Position numbers and translations under genes: made by a program. Positions 1-8,148 of a stretch of DNA of 26,892 nt are shown in pieces. The notes beneath the pieces were generated by a model. That model was not told the origin of the DNA, made no database searches, and saw nothing but the letters and a program-made list of their open reading frames with translations. The DNA is taken from NCBI GenBank assembly GCA_041746575.1, contig JBGTGT010000110.1, positions 1-26,892 on the forward strand, in the 5' to 3' direction. The stretch's first letter is position 1. Every line of letters begins with the position of its first letter. Source of the DNA: Microcystaceae cyanobacterium. GTDB taxonomy: Bacteria; Cyanobacteriota; Cyanobacteriia; Cyanobacteriales; Microcystaceae.

Positions 1-77
1 AATGAGTGTCTTCTGCCTTGCCTGCGACGATAATCGGGCATTCCCTCAAAGGCTTGAACAATTGCTATGTCAGACAT
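1..77 (-). CDS. ISAs1-family transposase, N-terminal part (runs off the window edge)
   Basis: Manual translation from ATG at 77: MSDIAIVQAFEGMPDYRRRQGRRHS..., matching the ISAs1/H-repeat N-terminal pattern F-x-x-x-x-D-x-R-x-x-x-G-x-R-H. Not in the ORF track. Confidence 0.8.
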   Translation of the reverse strand, partial: MSDIAIVQAFEGMPDYRRRQGRRHS

Positions 78-137
78 TTATTTAGTTTGATTCTATGTTA
101 CCACATCCATTCTACAGAGTAGAATGAAATAGCCCTG
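1..137 (-). mobile_element. Left end of an ISAs1-family insertion sequence; terminal inverted repeat at about 120-137
   Basis: The minus strand from 137 reads CAGGGCTATTTCATTCTA. A CAGGG terminus is typical of ISAs1 inverted repeats, and it lies 60 bp upstream of the transposase ATG. Confidence 0.75.
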
Positions 138-208
138 CTAAACCTCAAACTCGATGGTTATATCAACTTCCTGCAATTCTAACATTTTATGCAGAAAACC
201 AATTTTAA
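138..208 (+). pseudogene. Possible 3' remnant of a gene interrupted by the IS
   Basis: Open frame from the IS boundary reads KPQTRWLYQLPAILTFYAENQF, with TAA at 206-208. It has no start codon and is co-oriented with the ars cluster. Confidence 0.35.
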
Positions 209-259
209 CTTTAGAAAATCATATCAACCCCCTCATCATTAACAACTTAAGGTTTACTG

Positions 260-724
260 ATGTCAGAATTAATGTCTTATCCTGATTATCTTTGGTGGGT
301 TATTCCCGAAAAATTAGCAGGAATGCCTCGTCCTCCCCTTGACGATTTACCTCAACTTTATCAAGCAGGATTACGGGGAATTGTCTCGGTTATGGATGAA
401 CCTTCTGGTATTAAAGAATATCAAGAAGCCGGATTTTTCGCCTTATGGTTGCCCGTTACGGGAGGAAAAGCACCAACCGTTAAACAAGTTCAAGAATTTG
501 TCGAATTTGCTGATTCTTTCTTGGAAAAAAATCAATCAGTTGCAGTACATTGCACCAGTTGTAATCGGAGAACAGGGACCTTATTAGCAGCCTATCTAAT
601 TGTTAAGGGAAATTCTCCTAAAATAGCGATTGAATTGATTCAAAAAGTTCGCTCATCGGCTGAATTAAGGGAATTTCAAATTAATTTTTTATCAGAATTA
701 TCTATAAATCTTAATAAAAATTAA
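260..724 (+). CDS. Dual-specificity/protein-tyrosine phosphatase-like protein
   Basis: P-loop HCTSCNRRTG (C-X5-R), N-terminal WVIPEKLAGMPRP and C-terminal R...E..Q pattern of the family. Confidence 0.85.
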   Translation: MSELMSYPDYLWWVIPEKLAGMPRPPLDDLPQLYQAGLRGIVSVMDEPSGIKEYQEAGFFALWLPVTGGKAPTVKQVQEFVEFADSFLEKNQSVAVHCTSCNRRTGTLLAAYLIVKGNSPKIAIELIQKVRSSAELREFQINFLSELSINLNKN

Positions 725-736
725 AACGATTTAGTC

Positions 737-803
737 TTGACGCATCAAGAAGAGTTGCAATATAGTTAATATATCAAAAAAAATTGATATATTAACTATA
801 TTG
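737..803 (+). promoter_or_regulatory. Promoter with two ArsR-type operators upstream of the pstS-like gene
   Basis: TTGACG 737-742; ATCAA-N6-TTGCA 744-759; TATAGT 761-766; ATCAA-N6-TTGAT 773-788, inside a perfect 20-6-20 inverted repeat (758-803). Confidence 0.8.
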
Positions 804-832
804 GAGTAACAGATCCAATCGAAGGGAAAAAG

Positions 833-1843
833 ATGAATAGTGGTCAATTAGCCGTTAAAAGAATTTTTCAAGCCGTATTTTTCGTTTTTGGACTGGTTTC
901 TTGCGCCTCTCCTAACCTGTCTAAATCAATTTTTATTGATGGGTCAAGTACCGTCTATCCCATTACTCAGGCAGTGGCTGAATCTTACCGAAAGGAATCT
1001 AAAAGTCCCGTGGAAATAAGCATCGAATTTTCGGGAACAGGGGGTGGATTTCGCCAATTTTGTCTAGGAAAAACCGATATTAGCAATGCGTCTCGTCCCA
1101 TTCAAAAAGATGAAATGAGCTTGTGCAACCGTTACAATGTACGTTATATCGAGCTTCCTATTGCTTTTGATGCCTTAACAGTAGTTGTCAATCCGCAAAA
1201 TAACTGGCTAGACAAAATCACGACTCAAGAGTTAAAGAAAATCTGGCAACCTGAATCTGAAAAGACCCTCAATCGCTGGAATCAGGTGAAGTCTAACTTT
1301 CCTAATAAACCCCTTAATCTTTATTCACCGGGGAGAGATTCAGGGACTTATGATTACTTTACTGAAGCCATTGTCGGAAAAGTAGGTTCAAGTCGCTCAG
1401 ATGTCCTTTTTAGCGAAAATGACGATATTTTAGTGCAAGGGGTGCGTCAAGATCCCAATGGGTTAGGCTACTTTGGTTTCGCCTACTATGAGGCTAACGC
1501 GAAGGATTTAAAAGCGATCGCCATTGATAGTGGCAGAGGGGCTATCTTGCCTTCTCGTGAAACCGTGGAAAATACCCAATATCAACCTTTATCCCGTCCC
1601 TTATTTATTTACGTTAATTTGGCTTCAGCGCAGAATAATCCAGCTTTAAGGGACTTCATTGACTTTTATCTCGAAAAAGCTCCAATTATAGTGGCAGAAG
1701 TCGGATATATCCCCCTTCCGAGAGAAGGATATGATTTAGCTAGGGTAACTTTTCATAAAGGTGAGGTCGGAACCGTTTTCGGTGGAGAAAGTGTCTTTGA
1801 TTTAACAATTCCCGACTTATTGCGTAAGCAAGCTCAATTTTAG
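833..1843 (+). CDS. pstS: PstS-family phosphate-binding lipoprotein (orphan, no pstCAB in the window)
   Basis: Lipobox-like GLVSC; motifs IDGSSTVYP, SGTGGGF, SGTYDYF, YQPLSRPLFIY. Confidence 0.9.
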   Translation: MNSGQLAVKRIFQAVFFVFGLVSCASPNLSKSIFIDGSSTVYPITQAVAESYRKESKSPVEISIEFSGTGGGFRQFCLGKTDISNASRPIQKDEMSLCNRYNVRYIELPIAFDALTVVVNPQNNWLDKITTQELKKIWQPESEKTLNRWNQVKSNFPNKPLNLYSPGRDSGTYDYFTEAIVGKVGSSRSDVLFSENDDILVQGVRQDPNGLGYFGFAYYEANAKDLKAIAIDSGRGAILPSRETVENTQYQPLSRPLFIYVNLASAQNNPALRDFIDFYLEKAPIIVAEVGYIPLPREGYDLARVTFHKGEVGTVFGGESVFDLTIPDLLRKQAQF

Positions 1844-1878
1844 TCAGCTCAATCGCGCATATTGAGAGATTTTTCCGC

Positions 1879-1930
1879 TTGACACATCAAATTAATTTGA
1901 TATATCCTAAACTTATCAAGTTCTTTTGAT
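1879..1930 (+). promoter_or_regulatory. Promoter with two ArsR-type operators upstream of acr3
   Basis: TTGACA 1879-1884; ATCAA-N6-TTGAT at 1886-1901 and 1915-1930; TATCCT 1903-1908. Same operator type as described for the Synechocystis arsBHC promoter. Confidence 0.88.
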
Positions 1931-1938
1931 AGATAGCC

Positions 1939-3075
1939 ATGACCAATCGCCTCAATCCCAAAGCCGTGAAAGCAGGGGGAAGCCTCAGTTTTTTTGAAAA
2001 ATACCTAACAATTTGGGTAATTCTTTGTATTTTAGCAGGAATTGCTTCAGGTCGCTTGTTTCCTAGTATTGCCCAAACCTTAGATGGAATGAGTATTTAT
2101 AACGTCTCCATTCCTATTGCAATCTGCTTGTTCTTCATGATGTATCCCATCATGGTAAAAATTGATTTTTCTCAAGCCGTTCAAGCGGCTAAAGCTCCAA
2201 AACCCGTAATTTTAACCCTAGTAGTTAACTGGTTAATTAAACCCTTTACGATGGTGGCATTTGCTCAGTTTTTCTTAGGTTGGTTATTCCGGGATTTACT
2301 CAGTGCGACAGAAGTTATTCGAGGAACAGAAGTTACTTTAGCGAATTCCTACATTGCAGGTTGTATTTTATTGGGAATTGCCCCCTGTACAGCCATGGTC
2401 TTGATGTGGGGTTATTTATCCTATAGTAATCAAGGTCATACGCTTGTGATGGTGGCGGTTAACTCCCTAGCGATGTTATTTCTCTATGCACCTCTAGGCA
2501 AATGGCTATTATCGGCAAATAATTTAACCGTTCCTTGGCAAACGATGGTTTTATCTGTCTTAATCTATGTTGGTCTTCCTTTAGTTGCGGGAATCTATAG
2601 CCGATATTGGATATTGAAGCATAAAGGAAAAGACTGGTTTGAACAACAATTTTTGCATTGTCTCAGTCCCATTGCTATTACGGCGTTACTGTTAACCTTA
2701 GTATTACTGTTTGCCTTCAAAGGGGAATTAATTGTTGACAATCCTCTGCATATTTTTCTGATTGCGATTCCTTTATTTCTTCAAACCAATTTCATCTTTT
2801 TTATAACCTATGTGGCAGGTTTAAAACTGAATTTAACCTACGAAGATGCGGCTCCAGCGGCTTTAATTGGGGCAAGTAATCACTTTGAGGTTGCCATTGC
2901 CACAGCCATCATTTTATTTGGTTTAAACTCTGGTGCCGCCTTAGCAACTGTGGTGGGGGTATTAATCGAAGTTCCTGTCATGTTAATGCTAGTTGAAGTG
3001 TGTAAAAGAACCGCTTTTTGGTTTCCCCGCGAACCGGAGAAAGCCACCTTACTTGACCCCCGCTGTTGTCAATGA
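1939..3075 (+). CDS. acr3: ACR3-family arsenite efflux transporter
   Basis: Motifs [56 protein letters not shown]. Confidence 0.96.
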   Translation: MTNRLNPKAVKAGGSLSFFEKYLTIWVILCILAGIASGRLFPSIAQTLDGMSIYNVSIPIAICLFFMMYPIMVKIDFSQAVQAAKAPKPVILTLVVNWLIKPFTMVAFAQFFLGWLFRDLLSATEVIRGTEVTLANSYIAGCILLGIAPCTAMVLMWGYLSYSNQGHTLVMVAVNSLAMLFLYAPLGKWLLSANNLTVPWQTMVLSVLIYVGLPLVAGIYSRYWILKHKGKDWFEQQFLHCLSPIAITALLLTLVLLFAFKGELIVDNPLHIFLIAIPLFLQTNFIFFITYVAGLKLNLTYEDAAPAALIGASNHFEVAIATAIILFGLNSGAALATVVGVLIEVPVMLMLVEVCKRTAFWFPREPEKATLLDPRCCQ

Positions 3076-4373
3076 GTTGATTCACTCGAATGGTTAAGAG
3101 CAATTTCACGATGAGTGAGTTGTCGATAAATGCCTTCGATCCCAAATGCTAGACCTACCATTAAAACCACGACCCAGAGATTTTGGGGATGGGTTTGTGC
3201 GGTTTGATTTAAAAGTACAATGACCGCAGCGAGACAAGCGACAGTACCCAACAATGAAATGAATTGATGGCTATTGGTTCTTTGATGAAGTCGGACATTA
3301 GCAAAGTTGACAGCAGCAAAAATGAGTAAAAAGCCTGAACTACCCATGGTAGATATTCCAGAAATGTCAAATAAATTGGCAACAATTAGGGTTAAACCAC
3401 TGGTAATAAGGAGTCCTTCAATCGGCCGATTCCAGATCTTTTTTTCTAAGGCATCGGGTAACTCTCCCGATTTAGCAATGATGTAACTCAGACGTGATGT
3501 GCCGTAAAGTGTGGCATTGATCGCCGAAGCCGTTGAAAGTAAAGCCGCGATCGCAATTAAACTAAAACCAGCCTGTCCCATGAACGGTTTCGCCGCCGCC
3601 GCTAGGGCATATTCTTTAGAATCAACGATTTGTTCCGTTGGTAAAGAGCCAACGGTGATTCCAGCAATCAGAACGTACAGTAACAGGACAAATATCACTG
3701 CTGAATAATAAGCACGAGACAATGTCCGCTCAGGATGCTTTACATCTTCGGCGGTATTTGCCATTAATTCAAACCCTTCAAAGGCTAAAAAAATGATCAT
3801 GCCGCCTGAAATGACAGAAAGAGGAGAAGACCAAGTGGAGGGTTGTAGCCGTGAAAAATCAACACCTTGAATACCAAAGCCAATAAATACGCCTAAAATG
3901 ATGAGTTTAAAGACAACAATCCCCTTTTCAGCCTGACCAATCAAATCTGCACTGAGAAAGTTAAGCCCAGTGATGCTGATAATGATCCCACTGATCAGCA
4001 GATGCCTGACCCAAAAGTGGGCAGATTCTGGCACAAAAACAGCACCATAGCTGCCAAAAGCAGAAGCATACAGAGAAAGCATCACGATGTAGCTAATCCA
4101 CAGCAACAGATTCATTCCCCCCGTGAAAATCCCTGTACCAAACGCTTTGTTTAAGAAAGTGACAGTTCCCCCTCGACTCGGAAAGGCAATTGAGAGTTTT
4201 ACGTAGGCATAGGTGGTGAGTAACGCCACAATACCTGCGATCGCAAACGCTAAAGGCGCACCTCCTTGAGCTAATTGTACTGATAACCCCAAAACAGCGA
4301 AGATTCCACCACCAACCATCCCACCAACACCCACAGAAACCACTGACCAAAACCCTATGTTGTTTTTTGCCAT
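3069..4373 (-). CDS. APC-family amino acid permease
   Basis: [11 protein letters not shown] in TM1, FLAFEGFE in TM6, about 12 hydrophobic segments. Confidence 0.9.
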   Translation of the reverse strand: MAKNNIGFWSVVSVGVGGMVGGGIFAVLGLSVQLAQGGAPLAFAIAGIVALLTTYAYVKLSIAFPSRGGTVTFLNKAFGTGIFTGGMNLLLWISYIVMLSLYASAFGSYGAVFVPESAHFWVRHLLISGIIISITGLNFLSADLIGQAEKGIVVFKLIILGVFIGFGIQGVDFSRLQPSTWSSPLSVISGGMIIFLAFEGFELMANTAEDVKHPERTLSRAYYSAVIFVLLLYVLIAGITVGSLPTEQIVDSKEYALAAAAKPFMGQAGFSLIAIAALLSTASAINATLYGTSRLSYIIAKSGELPDALEKKIWNRPIEGLLITSGLTLIVANLFDISGISTMGSSGFLLIFAAVNFANVRLHQRTNSHQFISLLGTVACLAAVIVLLNQTAQTHPQNLWVVVLMVGLAFGIEGIYRQLTHREIALNHSSESTH

Positions 4374-4507
4374 TTTCTTAATGTGCCTCTTAAAACTGCT
4401 ATGGTTATCGCCTAGTTAATCACGATCTCAAAGATGGGTGCATCTGTCTATAGGATTCTAATCTCTACGTCTAGCCACTTAAATAATCGTTGATAGGTGC
4501 ATATTGC

Positions 4508-4559
4508 TTGACATATCAAATTTAATTGATGTATATTTAATTCATTAAAATTGCTGAAT
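4508..4559 (+). promoter_or_regulatory. Promoter with ArsR-type operator(s) upstream of arsC
   Basis: TTGACA 4508-4513; ATCAA-N6-TTGAT 4515-4530; TATATT 4532-4537; degenerate second site ATTAA-N6-TGAAT 4544-4559. Confidence 0.82.
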
Positions 4560-4606
4560 GAACTTAATCTTAATAAAAGCCTAAACCCAATTACCTGAAA
4601 TTAGCC

Positions 4607-5005
4607 ATGAAACAAGTTATGTTTGTGTGTAAAAGAAATTCCTGCCGCTCCCAAATGGCAGAAGGATGGGCGAAAATATTAGGAAAAGGTCAAATGGGCG
4701 TAACCAGTTGTGGTCTAGAAGCCTCACGGGTTCACCCTACCGCCATTAAAGTGATGGAAGAGATTGGTATTGATATTACGGCACAAACTTCTAATTCAAT
4801 TACTGAATTTAAACCTGAAGATTATGATGCTGTTATCTCTTTATGTGGCTGTGGTGTGAATTTACCTCAAGATTGGGTACTAAGAGAAATCTTTGAAGAT
4901 TGGCAATTAGAAGATCCCGATGGCAAGCCATTAGAAACCTTTAGAAAAGTTCGAGATGAAATCAAAAAGAAAGTCAGCCAACTCATCATTCAACTGCAAC
5001 CCTAG
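4607..5005 (+). CDS. arsC: Arsenate reductase, cyanobacterial glutathione/glutaredoxin (LMW-PTP fold) type
   Basis: CKRNSCRSQMAEG active site, ISLCGCG second cysteine pair, WQLEDP, FRKVRDEIK. Confidence 0.95.
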   Translation: MKQVMFVCKRNSCRSQMAEGWAKILGKGQMGVTSCGLEASRVHPTAIKVMEEIGIDITAQTSNSITEFKPEDYDAVISLCGCGVNLPQDWVLREIFEDWQLEDPDGKPLETFRKVRDEIKKKVSQLIIQLQP

Positions 5006-5856
5006 TTGATCGCTAATTCTAGAGACAATCCCTCTCTCGCCATTAAAGTATGGGGAAAAACCCGTGCAACTTCTTCGCCAATTTGATCGAGAAAACTATC
5101 ATTATGGGCTGGATCATGGTGAAATAAGACTAATTGCTTAACCTTTGCCGCTTTAGCAATTTTCACTGCTTCTTGCCAAGTAGAATGACCCCATCCTACC
5201 TTACTACAACGGGGATCATGATATTCTTCATTGGTATAAGTTGCGTCTATAATTAAAACATCAGCACGATCTGCCAAAGCTAAGACATTTTCATCTAAAT
5301 GTTCGGGAAAATGTTCGGTATCCGTAATATAGACAGCATGACGACCTCGCCAACTAACTCGGTAACCCAAGGCTTCCCCCGGATGGTTAAGCTTTCCCGT
5401 TGTAACAGTTACTTCTCCGATGTTTATCTTTTCATTTGCTTCAATATCATAAAATGTCAGATTCCCTTGCATAATTTGTAGAGGAACGGGAAAATTAGGA
5501 TGGAGCATCTGGTCGTGTAAACGTTGCTTAATGGTTAAGCCATTGGGGGAGGGTGCGCCATAGATATGAAAGTGATTGCCTTTAACGAAAGCCGGCACAA
5601 AAAAAGGAAATCCTTGAATATGATCCCAATGAGAGTGGGTAAAGAAGAGATGAGCCGTGAGAGGCGACTGGGGCAGCAGGGTTTCGCCCAGAATCCGTAA
5701 TCCTGTTCCTCCGTCAAAGATTAAGCGTTCTTTAGAAACTTGCATCTCAATACAAGAAGTATTGCCGCCATATCGCACGGTTTCGCTACCGGGACAAGGA
5801 ATACTGCCTCTTACTCCCCAAAACTTAATATGAAATCGCTGTAATGCGTTAGACAC
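5002..5856 (-). CDS. MBL-fold metallo-hydrolase (GTG start)
   Basis: FWGVRGS, GGNTSC, THSHWDH (HxHxDH), TDTEH, GWGHS, LFHHDP. Confidence 0.92.
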   Translation of the reverse strand: MSNALQRFHIKFWGVRGSIPCPGSETVRYGGNTSCIEMQVSKERLIFDGGTGLRILGETLLPQSPLTAHLFFTHSHWDHIQGFPFFVPAFVKGNHFHIYGAPSPNGLTIKQRLHDQMLHPNFPVPLQIMQGNLTFYDIEANEKINIGEVTVTTGKLNHPGEALGYRVSWRGRHAVYITDTEHFPEHLDENVLALADRADVLIIDATYTNEEYHDPRCSKVGWGHSTWQEAVKIAKAAKVKQLVLFHHDPAHNDSFLDQIGEEVARVFPHTLMAREGLSLELAIN

Positions 5857-6149
5857 CTTTGACCGTCGTCACTTTCCAAGCTAACAAATTGCTATTTCTA
5901 TCATAACGGTAAGTTGTCAGTTGCTGGACGAATTAACCCTCTCCACGCTTGGAATGTCTCTCTTGAATCGGTTTATGTACGGGTTGTGATTGACGGGAAG
6001 CTGTGTAGGGAAGTTGTCCCGCTTTGAGAAGGCTAGCAGCGACAACAGGAATAAATGAGATTAAATGATTTAAAAGAGCGGTTTCCTGTTGTTGTCTGGC
6101 TTGGTTATGCTAGAATTAATCATGAAACTCCTTAAAAACCCTAAAAACA

Positions 6150-6863
6150 ATGGTAGCCGTTAATCTTAAACAAGAGATTATTTATCCCAGTTCTGATGGT
6201 GAACCCTTGGCTGAAAGTTACGCTCATTTATACGCAATTTTAACCACTTTAGAAGTTTTAAAACAATATTTAGCGAATCATCAAGCAACGGTACTGGCAA
6301 ATCAGTTTTTATATTATAGCCAGGGATTTCCCAAGATGAGAGTTGCCCCTGATGTCATGGTCATCTTTGACGTAGCATTAGGCGGAAGAGATAACTATAA
6401 AATATGGGAAGAAGGACAAGTTCCTCAAGTAATTTTTGAAATGACTTCCCAAGGAACAAAAAATCAAGATCAAGAATTTAAAAAGGTGTTGTATGAACAA
6501 TTGGGCGTAGCAGAATATTGGTTATTTGATCCTAAAGGAGAATGGATTACCGAAAAATTAAGAGGTTATCGTCTCAGAAAAGGAGAATACGAATTAATTA
6601 ACAATAATTATAGTGAACCGTTACAGTTAAGGCTGCAGATTGAGGAGAATTTAATCGGATTTTATCGAGAAGATACAGGAGAAAAGCTCTTGATTCCTGA
6701 AGAATTAGCGCAAGTATTACAACAAAAGAAAGTAGAGTTAGAACAAAAGGGAATTGAATTGGAACAAAAGAAAGTAGAGTTAGAACAAAAGAAAGTAGAG
6801 TTAGAACAAGAAAAGCAAAAAAATATTGAAATGGAACTGTTGTTACAAAAGTATCAAGAATAA
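6150..6863 (+). CDS. Uma2 (DUF820)-family endonuclease-like protein with coiled-coil tail
   Basis: YPSSDGEPLAES, VAPDVMV, FEMTS, LGVAEYWLFDP. Confidence 0.92.
   Translation: MVAVNLKQEIIYPSSDGEPLAESYAHLYAILTTLEVLKQYLANHQATVLANQFLYYSQGFPKMRVAPDVMVIFDVALGGRDNYKIWEEGQVPQVIFEMTSQGTKNQDQEFKKVLYEQLGVAEYWLFDPKGEWITEKLRGYRLRKGEYELINNNYSEPLQLRLQIEENLIGFYREDTGEKLLIPEELAQVLQQKKVELEQKGIELEQKKVELEQKKVELEQEKQKNIEMELLLQKYQE
6721..6809 (+). repeat. 21-bp coding tandem repeat (four copies plus a partial)
   Basis: AACAAAAGAAAGTAGAGTTAG at 6721, 6763 and 6784; variant AACAAAAGGGAATTGAATTGG at 6742. Encodes ELEQKKV heptads. Confidence 0.95.
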
Positions 6864-6890
6864 TTTGGTGAACTGTAAAAAAATTAAAAT

Positions 6891-8087
6891 TCAAGCAATA
6901 CTGCCGCGTTTTCTGGCCTCTTTATAGGAAACTCCCACATTTCTTAAACCTGCGCGGATCATTTGTTGTTCCAATAAGGCAAAAAAGCGAGCGCGATCGC
7001 CCCCTCTAATTACCGCTAAATTGTGAGATTCTGCCAAAGCAACGGGATATCCATATCCTTTACTCACTTGCGCTAACATGATCCCTAACGCTTGATTTAA
7101 TAAGGCTTCATCCTCCGCTACCCAAGCAGGGAGTTCTACCCTTGCAATTTCTGTTCCCACGTGGACATAACAAAAGTAAATCCATTGCTGTTCGGGATAA
7201 AGATGTAAAACCCGTAAAGAACTTCGGAATAAAGCACTTCTTTGACCAGGTTCGAGTAATTCTGCCCATAAAGTGCTATCTCTGAGGGGAGCAAATACTT
7301 GACAAGGGGTGTGATCTAATTCTTGATCACCGCAGTGTTCGTAACAGTTAGGATGATCATAAGGACAGGCAGGCAAGCGCAAAAAGTTCACTGCCTCAAT
7401 ACTACGGGATGCACTAATATACCCCATGAGCGGAATTTTTGCTTCTCTTAACTGTTCCCATGCCTCTAAAATGGGCAATAAAATGAGATCACGGGCTTCT
7501 GTGGGCAAATTTTCTAAAAACCAATAAATTAATGAGCCATCCACCATTGCTAAGTTGGGTTCAAAGTGCGCCCCCGGTGGTTTGACCCAATTACAGGCGA
7601 TTTCCCCAAGAATTTGCGCTTCTAACACGGTCCGACGATATCCCATCCACTCTTCCGTCCGAATGCCCCATTGTCGCGATTCATAAAGGTCTTCAGTGCG
7701 ATAATAAACAGAGGGTAAGCTATCAAGCAAAGGGTGGAGGTTCTGTCCGTAATGTAGCATAACCCTACCGACGTTAATGAGGTAACAATAGGCAATTTCG
7801 TGATGAGAGGGGGCTAATTGCGATCCATCAGTGGCAAATACGCTATGGCGTTCAGCTGAGGTTTCAATGGGAATACAAGTATCAAGGGGTTCAAGGGGAG
7901 TGGCGGCGGTAAAGAGGGAGTGATCGCGCCATTTCTCTTGGATATCTAACCATTTTTCCAGATTGTTCTGGACTTTTGCTAACAGAGTTTGGGCTTTTTC
8001 CAGTCGCTGATAACTAGCCGTTGCCTCTTTTTGGAAATGCTGACTAATCCCCGGTAGTTGTCCCGCTAATTTCGCTAAATCAAGCAT
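6891..8087 (-). CDS. nurA: DNA double-strand break repair nuclease NurA family
   Basis: ATDGSQ, MVDGSL, ARVELPAW, GYGYPVALAESHNLAVI. Confidence 0.88.
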   Translation of the reverse strand: MLDLAKLAGQLPGISQHFQKEATASYQRLEKAQTLLAKVQNNLEKWLDIQEKWRDHSLFTAATPLEPLDTCIPIETSAERHSVFATDGSQLAPSHHEIAYCYLINVGRVMLHYGQNLHPLLDSLPSVYYRTEDLYESRQWGIRTEEWMGYRRTVLEAQILGEIACNWVKPPGAHFEPNLAMVDGSLIYWFLENLPTEARDLILLPILEAWEQLREAKIPLMGYISASRSIEAVNFLRLPACPYDHPNCYEHCGDQELDHTPCQVFAPLRDSTLWAELLEPGQRSALFRSSLRVLHLYPEQQWIYFCYVHVGTEIARVELPAWVAEDEALLNQALGIMLAQVSKGYGYPVALAESHNLAVIRGGDRARFFALLEQQMIRAGLRNVGVSYKEARKRGSIA

Positions 8088-8148
8088 AATTCAGTCGATA
8101 GGTGTCAAAGAGTTGAAATATAGGGTTTTAAGGATCATTAATCCTTGT

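Noticed and set aside
4433..4504. GATGGGTGCATCT / GATAGGTGCATAT imperfect direct repeat
   Set aside because: Short, 11/13 match with arbitrary spacing; compatible with chance.
6721..6809. Tandem repeat as a possible CRISPR array
   Set aside because: No spacers; the units are in-frame coding heptads and no cas genes are present.
6150..8087. Uma2 plus NurA as a defence operon
   Set aside because: The genes are convergent, there is no herA in the window, and both families are common and scattered in cyanobacteria.
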